Shown here: positions 8,396 to 15,145 of the stretch, piece after piece
Position numbering within the stretch: position 1 is the first letter of the stretch
Layout of the letters: each line of letters starts with the position of its first letter
Source of the DNA: an uncultured Gammaproteobacteria bacterium
Lineage (GTDB): Bacteria > Pseudomonadota > Gammaproteobacteria > GCA-002705445 > GCA-002716945
Reading direction: 5' to 3'
Assembly (NCBI GenBank): GCA_902605525.1
Contig: CACLCV010000002.1
Coordinates: forward strand, 6,176 to 70,175
DNA length: 64,000 nt
Position numbers and translations under genes: made by a program
The notes under the pieces: model-generated
The model's database searches: none
What the model was told of the DNA's origin: nothing
What the model saw: only the letters and a program-made list of their open reading frames with translations

Positions 8396-8758
8396 ATGAA
8401 TTTAATTAAAGTTATAGAAAAAGGATTACTTGGTGTGATTGCACTACTGACGATTGTTGCAACCATCCAAGAGATAGTTTCAATATACATGATAGGTAGA
8501 GTTAACTTGCCTGATTTGTTGTTACTGTTTATATATACAGAGGTTTTAGGCATGATTGGTGTATTTTATGTAAGTAACAAAATACCTATAACATTACCCT
8601 TGTTCATTGCCATGACTGCACTATCAAGATTGATAATACTACAGGGTAAGGACATGGAACCGAGTACATTAATTTACGAGGCAGGTGCGATATTACTAAT
8701 TGCAATTGCTTGCCTTATTATTAGGTACCGACCATCAAATCAAAGCACAGAGTTATGA
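8396..8758 (+). CDS. Small multi-TM membrane protein, possibly PsiE-like
   Basis: 120 aa with 3-4 TM segments. LLLLFIYTEVLGMI weakly resembles PsiE. Confidence 0.4.
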   Translation: MNLIKVIEKGLLGVIALLTIVATIQEIVSIYMIGRVNLPDLLLLFIYTEVLGMIGVFYVSNKIPITLPLFIAMTALSRLIILQGKDMEPSTLIYEAGAILLIAIACLIIRYRPSNQSTEL

Positions 8759-8823
8759 TTGTAACAATATTTTTTAAGTACATAAGACTTGCTTTTAATG
8801 ATGTCTAATCAAAAAGATAAATT

Positions 8824-9363
8824 ATGGGCAAAGCTGCACTAGCTATTAGAAAAAATATCGCGGTTATAAAAGACTTCCCTATCAAGGGTATCAGCTTTCA
8901 AGACATTTTCTCAATAACTAGAAAACCAGAAATATTCAAGTTAATTATTCAGGAAATAATTAAGGTTATAAAAAAACATAAAATCACCACGATAGTCGGA
9001 ATCGAATCTCGAGGTTTTTTATTTGGGGCTGTTGCCGCTTACAAAGCTGATCTTCCACTCATTCCAATAAGAAAATCGGGAAAATTGCCCGGTAAGATAA
9101 CTAAAGTAAAATATAAATTAGAATATGGTCATGATATCGTTGAGATTCAATCTTCAGTAGTAAAAAAATCAGATAATATCTTGTTAGTTGACGACCTAAT
9201 AGCGACAGGAGGTACAGCATTAGCATCAGTTAAATTACTGAGAAAGTTCAATAGTAAACAAATTAATTCTTTTTTTGTTATTGATTTAGAGAACTTAAAG
9301 GGTTCAGATAAACTCAAAAACCAAGGTATAAAAATCCATTCATTGTATAAAACAGACGGATAG
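8824..9363 (+). CDS. apt: Adenine phosphoribosyltransferase
   Basis: FPIKGISFQDI, GIESRGFLFG and the PRPP loop LLVDDLIATGGT. Confidence 0.9.
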   Translation: MGKAALAIRKNIAVIKDFPIKGISFQDIFSITRKPEIFKLIIQEIIKVIKKHKITTIVGIESRGFLFGAVAAYKADLPLIPIRKSGKLPGKITKVKYKLEYGHDIVEIQSSVVKKSDNILLVDDLIATGGTALASVKLLRKFNSKQINSFFVIDLENLKGSDKLKNQGIKIHSLYKTDG

Positions 9364-9539
9364 AGAAAGATTAGAAGTATGGAGATTTCCTTACATTGCA
9401 ATTAGACCAGATTGCGAGTAATATTTCCAATCATGTTAATGGTACTCACATCATGTGTACGTCATTCTATAGTACTAGGGCCAATAGAGATATGTGGAGT
9501 AATGAACAATGTGTACCTGAACCAACAAGGAAGTAAAAT

Positions 9540-9725
9540 ATGAGTGAACAAGGACCAAATGGGAGGCCAAAACCTGACTTATTAAAATCTGCATTAGAAA
9601 TAGTTTTTGTTACGATTTTTATACCCGCACTTGTTGTCGGGATAATCATATTTTCAGTAGAGGATTTTGCACTATTTAACGCCATGGAACCTCTTATATT
9701 GGAGTGGTGGAGAGAATTGTTTTAA
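9540..9725 (+). CDS. Small single-TM protein (61 aa), hypothetical
   Basis: An AGGAAG Shine-Dalgarno lies 7 nt upstream. Contains the hydrophobic helix IVFVTIFIPALVVGIIIF. Confidence 0.35.
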   Translation: MSEQGPNGRPKPDLLKSALEIVFVTIFIPALVVGIIIFSVEDFALFNAMEPLILEWWRELF

Positions 9726-9862
9726 TGAATAGAATTTACAACATCATCATAGATAAACTTGTAATGTCTGTATCAATCGTTGTACTTATTATTTACCTTT
9801 CGTTTTATTTTCTGACATTATGGTGGATTTTTTCAAAGATTATAAAAATGAGTATATCTTGA
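9725..9862 (+). CDS. Small single-TM protein (45 aa), hypothetical
   Basis: TAATG overlap with the preceding ORF suggests translational coupling. My translation is MNRIYNIIIDKLVMSVSIVVLIIYLSFYFLTLWWIFSKIIKMSIS. Confidence 0.3.
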   Translation: MNRIYNIIIDKLVMSVSIVVLIIYLSFYFLTLWWIFSKIIKMSIS

Positions 9863-9883
9863 TGTACTGATATTGATATTGAG

Positions 9884-9903
9884 TGGTCATGGGTGGATTT
9901 GAA
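9884..9903. repeat. Left att-like repeat, a displaced copy of the tRNA-Met 3' end
   Basis: tggtcatgggtggatttgaa here versus tggtcatgggtggacttgaa at 15072-15091, in direct orientation. Confidence 0.8.
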
Positions 9904-9912
9904 AGTTAATCT

Positions 9913-9935
9913 CACCCCCTATAAACATTGACCTG
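9913..9935. repeat. Left copy of the imperfect inverted repeat near the island ends
   Basis: caccccctataaacattgacctg compared with the reverse complement of 15026-15048 (caacccccatgtttattgacctc) matches at 16 of 23 positions. Alignment was done by hand. Confidence 0.45.
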
Positions 9936-9953
9936 TAAACCAACTAATTGTTG

Positions 9954-9976
9954 TTTGTACACTTATTTGTACACTT
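9954..9976. repeat. 23-bp arm/operator-like element, left copy (two TGTACA palindromes 12 bp apart)
   Basis: tttgtacacttatttgtacactt is identical to 14972-14994. It is itself a 12-bp tandem (tttgtacactta followed by tttgtacactt). Confidence 0.85.
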
Positions 9977-9993
9977 TGTAATAGACTAGGTAT

Positions 9994-10704
9994 ATGAGAA
10001 TATTTTCCTGGAATTGTAAGATGAGATTTAGAGACGACTATGCTCAAGCACTATCTTATAAACCAGATGTTATGGTTATTCCTGAGTGCGAAACTTTAGA
10101 TAAAATTAAAGCTCCTGAGACATCGGATAGCTACTGGATTGGAGATAATGTATCTAAAGGGTTGGGTGTATTCACTTTCAATGACTTCAAAATAGATTTA
10201 TATGATAAATACACTAATGAATTTAAATACATCTTGCCTCTTATAGTATCGAGAGGTGATATCAGCTATAAGCTCATTGCTGTATGGACAAAGAAAGTTG
10301 AAGATAAAAAGAAAAATCATATTAATTATATAAGACAGTTACATTTTGCTCTTAAAGAGTATGAATCATTCATTGATGATGAGAATGTAATTATTACTGG
10401 AGACTTAAATAGCAACCTTATTTGGGAAAGAACAGGTGTGGATAAAAATCATCAAGATGTTCTAGACCAATTATTGGATAAAAACATACATAGTTCCTAT
10501 CACCACTTCTTTAGAGAAGAGCAAGGTAAAGAAAAACAAGGAACCTATTTTCATTACCATAAGGAGGATAGGCCATTTCATATAGATTTTTGCTTTCTTT
10601 CCAAAAATATTTTAGATAGATTAAAGAGTGTAGAAATTGGAAAATTTAAGGACTGGATACACTTAAGCGATCATGTCCCAGTTATAATAGATACAGATGA
10701 ATAA
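9994..10704 (+). CDS. Endonuclease/exonuclease/phosphatase (EEP, ExoIII/DNase I-like) family protein
   Basis: EEP catalytic blocks appear in order: IFSWNC, VMVIPECE, IITGDLNS, HLSDHVPVI. Confidence 0.75.
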   Translation: MRIFSWNCKMRFRDDYAQALSYKPDVMVIPECETLDKIKAPETSDSYWIGDNVSKGLGVFTFNDFKIDLYDKYTNEFKYILPLIVSRGDISYKLIAVWTKKVEDKKKNHINYIRQLHFALKEYESFIDDENVIITGDLNSNLIWERTGVDKNHQDVLDQLLDKNIHSSYHHFFREEQGKEKQGTYFHYHKEDRPFHIDFCFLSKNILDRLKSVEIGKFKDWIHLSDHVPVIIDTDE

Positions 10705-11188
10705 ATTACTTCCCATATTATTAAGTAACCAATCTAATTATGAGTTTATCTTGGATTCTTTACGTGCACAAAGACTGGCAACCTTCTTAGATAAAAGTTT
10801 TTTACAAGAACGTTCCTCTAGAAGGTCAAGGCGTTATTCTTATATGAAATTTCATTATAATCATGTTCCTGTTTGTACTGCTTCATCTAGAAGAAATAGA
10901 AGACTATTCTATAATGATTGGGATGAAGTATATCTTGAAAAGTATTGTATACAACTTGAGGCAGGGATTCTTGATGTATCAAAAATTACATGGAAAACTT
11001 TTATACCATCTCTAAGTTTCATTATAGAATTTTTTGAATTTATTTTTGATAAAGAATTTTGGAAAAAAATTTATAAAAGTAAAGATTTTAGGGAAGGATT
11101 GAAAGATGAGTTTATTGAGATGATATATGATTATGCAGTTTGGCCTATAGCAATAATTGGAATAGTATACTTATATACCTTGGTATGA
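10697..11188 (+). CDS. Hypothetical protein with Arg-rich segments and a C-terminal TM helix
   Basis: 163 aa. Overlaps the EEP gene by 8 nt. Contains RSSRRSRRYSY and SSRRNRRLFY, and the C-terminal helix AVWPIAIIGIVYLYTLV. Confidence 0.45.
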   Translation: MNKLLPILLSNQSNYEFILDSLRAQRLATFLDKSFLQERSSRRSRRYSYMKFHYNHVPVCTASSRRNRRLFYNDWDEVYLEKYCIQLEAGILDVSKITWKTFIPSLSFIIEFFEFIFDKEFWKKIYKSKDFREGLKDEFIEMIYDYAVWPIAIIGIVYLYTLV

Positions 11189-11433
11189 ATAAATTAAAAG
11201 TAGTAAAAAAGACTCATCATTGTTGGCAATGTGAGGAGAAAGATAACTTCCCTGCTTCATGTGCTTGGTGTCAGTCAAAGATATGTGGTAAGTGTCATTG
11301 TTGTAGTGAGAAGTGTATCAAATCATGGACTCCGTGTACCAAAGTTATTCACTATGAGGGCATACCATATCTGTATGAAGTTATAGATGAGTCAGGGTTA
11401 AGTATAATTCCTGATGAGGATATACCTTTTTAA
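11185..11433 (+). CDS. Cys-rich mini-protein (82 aa), putative cross-brace zinc finger
   Basis: ATGA overlap with the upstream ORF. Contains HHCWQCEEKDNFPASCAWCQSKICGKCHCCSEKC, i.e. C-x2-C-x10-C-x2-C-x4-C-x2-C-H-C-C-x3-C. Confidence 0.5.
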   Translation: MNKLKVVKKTHHCWQCEEKDNFPASCAWCQSKICGKCHCCSEKCIKSWTPCTKVIHYEGIPYLYEVIDESGLSIIPDEDIPF

Positions 11434-13985
11434 GGTTTGTGATTTACATTAGTGTTTTTCTTAATTGATTGCGTATATTTACAATCAGAGTTAGGGCGGT
11501 ATGTATGGCAACTTAAAAAACGTTCTCCTGTATTACTGTTAACTTTTTCTTGTAATATTCCCGCATCACAGCCTTTACAATTTTCGTATTCATATCCACA
11601 AGTGTCACAAGTGCTTTTATATTTTCCTCGAACTACCAGTCCATCACACCCATCTTGTTGACAATTAAAACCAACATAATTGCAGACAGGATCTCTATTA
11701 CAAATATAACGAGGTTTTGGACCATACTTGCTCTTTAATTTCCTAATACTGCCCGTTTTACAAGCAGGACATTTTCTTTGTAGGAATTTGGTTGGCTTAA
11801 TTATGTTAACATTAGGATAATCTGCTATCTCATCTGCAAATGGAGATCGGTCTTCATAATCACATAACATGTGTAGATAAAACTTTGCTCTTGTCATACC
11901 TACGTATAATAATCTCCTCTCATCTGAAAATGAGAAGTCATCATGCTTATCTAAGACCATACTCAGGATTTCATCAGTCTTGTAACTAGTAGGGAAGCTA
12001 CTACGCCCATGTTCTTTTTTTGAACCCTCTAGACCAATGATTAAAATCACATCTTCTTCGTGCCCTTTTGATGAATGCAGACTCTTAAATCTTACTTTTC
12101 TTCCGTTACCCCATAATTGTCGAATTTTGGTACTTAATTTTTCGGGTGGATTGTATTTATTGTATCTAAATAAAATTAGAAGGTTTTTTGATTTATTCTC
12201 TTCTTTTTTGGAATATTCCTCCACCCACTTGCGTATACTATCTTCAATACTCATAGGTTCAATCCAATGAAGGTATACGGAGGATTTATCTGATTTTTTA
12301 TGTGTGACTAATTCTTTTGAGATTTGGTTTGGATTTTTCATAAGAAATTTACTTGAAGCATCATTGATAGAATTATCGAATCTAAATGTCTTATTAAGCT
12401 GTACCATCGACGAATCATTTGATTTATTAAAATGTCTATCAAAGTTTCTCATTAGACTTGGTTCTGCTCCTCTGAAACTAAAAATAGATTGCCAGTCATC
12501 ACCGACACAATATAATTTTACCTCATTACTAGCCTCTGTTTTTGCAGAAACATAAGTTCCTGACAATAGAGATTTTATAAAATTACAATCTGACATAGAG
12601 ATATCTTGAAACTCGTCAACAATAATATATTTAAATTTATGCTTGAATGAATCAGTATCTAAATAATCTCTTGCGGTATTAACCATATCATTAAAATCAA
12701 TATTAGTACCCAGTGACTCCTCATATTTATTTTTTATAGGATTATACAGTTTTAAAAATTGTGATTGCCGAGCATTACTTGGTTCCTTATTTTTAAGTTT
12801 AGCTTTGTCTAAATCCAAAAATCTAAGTACAAGTTTGGAATACTCGGTTACTTGATATTTGGGTAGTTGATCATAAATCTCATTAATACTTTTTGGGTAA
12901 AAATCAATATTGTTATTAACAAGACTTTCTTTTAGTTTTTCCTGCCATGATTCTTCAATAATGTCATAGAAAAATATCTCAATAAGAATTGTTTTATTTT
13001 TTTCATGAATAGATCTCTTCCACTCCATATCTTTTTTGTACTTATGATTATCTATATCTTTTCTAGTATTTCCTTTTCTATCTAAACCAAAATATTCTAT
13101 GTATACATTAGAATCTTTAATATGAAAATCTGGTTTATGAGAATCACTAGTACGTGGTCTATACATATCTTCATATTCATATGATATTCCATTTGAATAG
13201 AGGAAGTTGGCAATAGATAGTTCTCCAAAACTTTTTACATAATCACCTTTTATTGTATAGAATGGGTTTGCTTGTAAATAGTCTAGGTACTCTTGTTCGC
13301 TCTTAAATTTACCATCGATATTCTCAACACTATAGTGTTGAAAAAATTCGACAAAGCTTTTTTTGAAATTGATATTATCTATACATAGCTCTTTTATTAT
13401 TCCATCTATATGCATAATCGTTGAAGTATGTGAATCAAGAAAATTAGCAATTGTGGGCTTCTTTTTTTCTTGGTTTTCAATAATATTTTTTGCAAATGCA
13501 TGTATGGTTTTTATAATAATTTTATTTTTACCTATTTTATCCTCAAGTCTTGATCTTAGTTCTTCACCTGCTGCTTTAGTAAATACAATTAGGAGTATTT
13601 CATCTTCATTACATTTCTTAGACTCAAGTAGAAAAAGAATTTTTGCAATAATTGTTGTTGTTTTACCGGTCCCAGCTCCCGAGATAATAAGGTTATTTCC
13701 TTTGTCTGTTACAACAGCAATCTTTTGGTTATCTGTTAATGGCGGATTGAAACTATTGAAAAATTTTTTATAGCTTTCGATGATACCTATTTCTCTGGTG
13801 AATATTTTCTTTTTAAGTTTTTTTTCCCTCGTTTTATTATCAGTATCTTCTAAAAGCTTCAGCCCGTAGTACCAAATAACGAACATTAATATCAATGGCA
13901 AAAAAGGAGGTATGTTAAGAGAAATTAGAAATATAAAGACCGCAAACCCAACAATAGTTACAATATTCTCACCTTTATGTGACAT
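11430..13985 (-). CDS. Membrane-anchored UvrD/Rep/helicase IV-like SF1 helicase with an embedded PD-(D/E)xK nuclease-like module and C-terminal topoisomerase-type zinc ribbons
   Basis: N-terminal hydrophobic hairpin IVTIVGFAVFIFLISLNIPPFLPLILMFVIWYYGL. Helicase motifs are Walker A SGAGTGKTTT, motif II IIVDEFQD, motif III VGDDWQSIFSFRGA and motif VI LLYVGMTRAK. An insert ELSIANFLYSNGISYEYE...KPDFHI...VYIEYFG is present. The last ~130 aa contain more than 15 Cys in C-x2-C / C-x4-C pairs. Confidence 0.8.
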   Translation of the reverse strand: MSHKGENIVTIVGFAVFIFLISLNIPPFLPLILMFVIWYYGLKLLEDTDNKTREKKLKKKIFTREIGIIESYKKFFNSFNPPLTDNQKIAVVTDKGNNLIISGAGTGKTTTIIAKILFLLESKKCNEDEILLIVFTKAAGEELRSRLEDKIGKNKIIIKTIHAFAKNIIENQEKKKPTIANFLDSHTSTIMHIDGIIKELCIDNINFKKSFVEFFQHYSVENIDGKFKSEQEYLDYLQANPFYTIKGDYVKSFGELSIANFLYSNGISYEYEDMYRPRTSDSHKPDFHIKDSNVYIEYFGLDRKGNTRKDIDNHKYKKDMEWKRSIHEKNKTILIEIFFYDIIEESWQEKLKESLVNNNIDFYPKSINEIYDQLPKYQVTEYSKLVLRFLDLDKAKLKNKEPSNARQSQFLKLYNPIKNKYEESLGTNIDFNDMVNTARDYLDTDSFKHKFKYIIVDEFQDISMSDCNFIKSLLSGTYVSAKTEASNEVKLYCVGDDWQSIFSFRGAEPSLMRNFDRHFNKSNDSSMVQLNKTFRFDNSINDASSKFLMKNPNQISKELVTHKKSDKSSVYLHWIEPMSIEDSIRKWVEEYSKKEENKSKNLLILFRYNKYNPPEKLSTKIRQLWGNGRKVRFKSLHSSKGHEEDVILIIGLEGSKKEHGRSSFPTSYKTDEILSMVLDKHDDFSFSDERRLLYVGMTRAKFYLHMLCDYEDRSPFADEIADYPNVNIIKPTKFLQRKCPACKTGSIRKLKSKYGPKPRYICNRDPVCNYVGFNCQQDGCDGLVVRGKYKSTCDTCGYEYENCKGCDAGILQEKVNSNTGERFLSCHTYRPNSDCKYTQSIKKNTNVNHKP

Positions 13986-14000
13986 GATTCTCTTTAGATA

Positions 14001-14858
14001 TTATTTTTTTATCTGCTTGTTGACTAATTTAAGTGACTCAATATCAAGCCCTTTTACTTTTACTAAGTTTTTAAATATAGATGCAAGAAATCTAATAGTG
14101 TAATTTTCAAGATTATCTAACAAGAAACTATATTCGGGATTAAGTTCAAAAAAAAGAAACTTATCAAATTTCTCAAGCGCTACCCTTGATGAATCTTCTT
14201 TAACTCTATTACCAAAAATATTCGCTTTACCAACATATAATTCTTTAGAATCTGAATCATGTAGAATATATACTATATTTGTTCGATTAGAATACGATGA
14301 AACTTCTTTTGATTTAATCCACTTATCAGAATACGATATAAACAACTTATCTTTTTTCTTTTTCTTACTATTTTCATCTTTCCAAAAGGCAAAAAGATTT
14401 TTGTCTTCCATAAACTCAAACATTCTATCAAAATCTGTCTCTTGCTTACTGATAACATTTATTTTGAAAGAATTATTCCCTTTATATTCAAACTCCAACA
14501 ACTCCTTTAGTTTAGGTTTCGATTTGTCTATAGTTGATGCATAACTAAATATAACAAGTTTTCTGAGAGCTTTAAGAGTATCTGGCTCACCATCATAAAA
14601 TATTTGAACTACCTCTCTCTCGGGATATATTGTTGAGGACCTATTCTTAATCTTTCCCTGATTATTTATTCTTGCAATACGTATTTTTGCATCAAATTTT
14701 TTTCTACCAATCTCCAGTTCAATGGGTTTGACTAAAGAACCTAATTTTAGTCCAAAGAACTTTTTATACTCGTCATATACAGATTTTTTAAGTGTGAATC
14801 CCCAATAGAAAAATGTATACCCAGGTACAACGTAAAATGGTGATAAATTTGCACTCAT
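14001..14858 (-). CDS. GIY-YIG nuclease-domain protein with an uncharacterised N-terminal domain
   Basis: The C-terminal IVYILHDSDSKELYVGKANIFGNRVKE matches the UvrC/Cho-type motif GIY-x9-YVGKA-x5-R. The N-terminal ~180 aa is unrecognised. Lies 15 nt upstream of the helicase gene on the same strand. Confidence 0.6.
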   Translation of the reverse strand: MSANLSPFYVVPGYTFFYWGFTLKKSVYDEYKKFFGLKLGSLVKPIELEIGRKKFDAKIRIARINNQGKIKNRSSTIYPEREVVQIFYDGEPDTLKALRKLVIFSYASTIDKSKPKLKELLEFEYKGNNSFKINVISKQETDFDRMFEFMEDKNLFAFWKDENSKKKKKDKLFISYSDKWIKSKEVSSYSNRTNIVYILHDSDSKELYVGKANIFGNRVKEDSSRVALEKFDKFLFFELNPEYSFLLDNLENYTIRFLASIFKNLVKVKGLDIESLKLVNKQIKK

Positions 14859-14971
14859 GATTAAATATTATCATATTTACTTGGTAAGACTTCACGAGAC
14901 ATACTTTTGAGTAGCGCTGATTTTTAATGAGAAATGTTATGAAATCTAGTCATTAGTAAAAGAGTTTTTGA

Positions 14972-14994
14972 TTTGTACACTTATTTGTACACTT
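14972..14994. repeat. 23-bp arm/operator-like element, right copy
   Basis: Identical to 9954-9976 and in the same orientation. Confidence 0.85.
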
Positions 14995-15025
14995 GAGATG
15001 ATAAATTAGGTGTTTTCAAAAACTA

Positions 15026-15048
15026 GAGGTCAATAAACATGGGGGTTG
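15026..15048. repeat. Right copy of the imperfect inverted repeat near the island ends
   Basis: gaggtcaataaacatgggggttg. See 9913-9935. Confidence 0.45.
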
Positions 15049-15071
15049 TAGGATTGAAAAAGCTTTGTTTA

Positions 15072-15145
15072 TGGTCATGGGTGGACTTGAACCACCGACC
15101 GCAGCGTTATGAGTGCTGTGCTCTAACCAACTGAGCTACATGACC
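15072..15145 (-). tRNA. tRNA-Met (anticodon CAT, elongator-like), CCA not encoded
   Basis: The minus strand reads GGTCATGTAGCTCAGTTGGTTAGAGCACAGCACTCATAACGCTGCGGTCGGTGGTTCAAGTCCACCCATGACCA. It folds as a cloverleaf with anticodon loop CTCATAA and is close to E. coli metT. A lysidine-modified Ile2 identity cannot be excluded. Confidence 0.9.

Larger units (their letters stand above)
9884..15091. mobile_element. Integrase-less genomic island (about 5.2 kb) inserted at the 3' end of tRNA-Met(CAT)
   Basis: A 19/20 direct repeat of the tRNA 3' end bounds it (9884-9903 and 15072-15091). Internal arm-like repeats are present. All cargo is non-core nuclease and helicase genes, while the flanks are core genes. 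Confidence 0.7.

Noticed and set aside
9440-9520. Two GTGTAC hexamers (about 9453 and 9508), the reverse complement of the GTACAC core of the island arm element, left of the island
   Set aside because: Only 6-7 nt are shared with no flanking similarity. This could easily be chance.
9467-9685. 72-aa minus-strand ORF overlapping the 9540-9725 plus-strand ORF
   Set aside because: The plus-strand ORF has a good Shine-Dalgarno, a clear TM helix and a coupled downstream ORF. The minus-strand ORF has none of these.
13363-13773. 136-aa plus-strand ORF (and several others at 11452-12555) inside the helicase gene
   Set aside because: They are antisense to an ORF with a complete ordered SF1 helicase motif set. 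Their Leu/Ile/Ser/Phe-rich composition is typical of AT-rich antisense frames.
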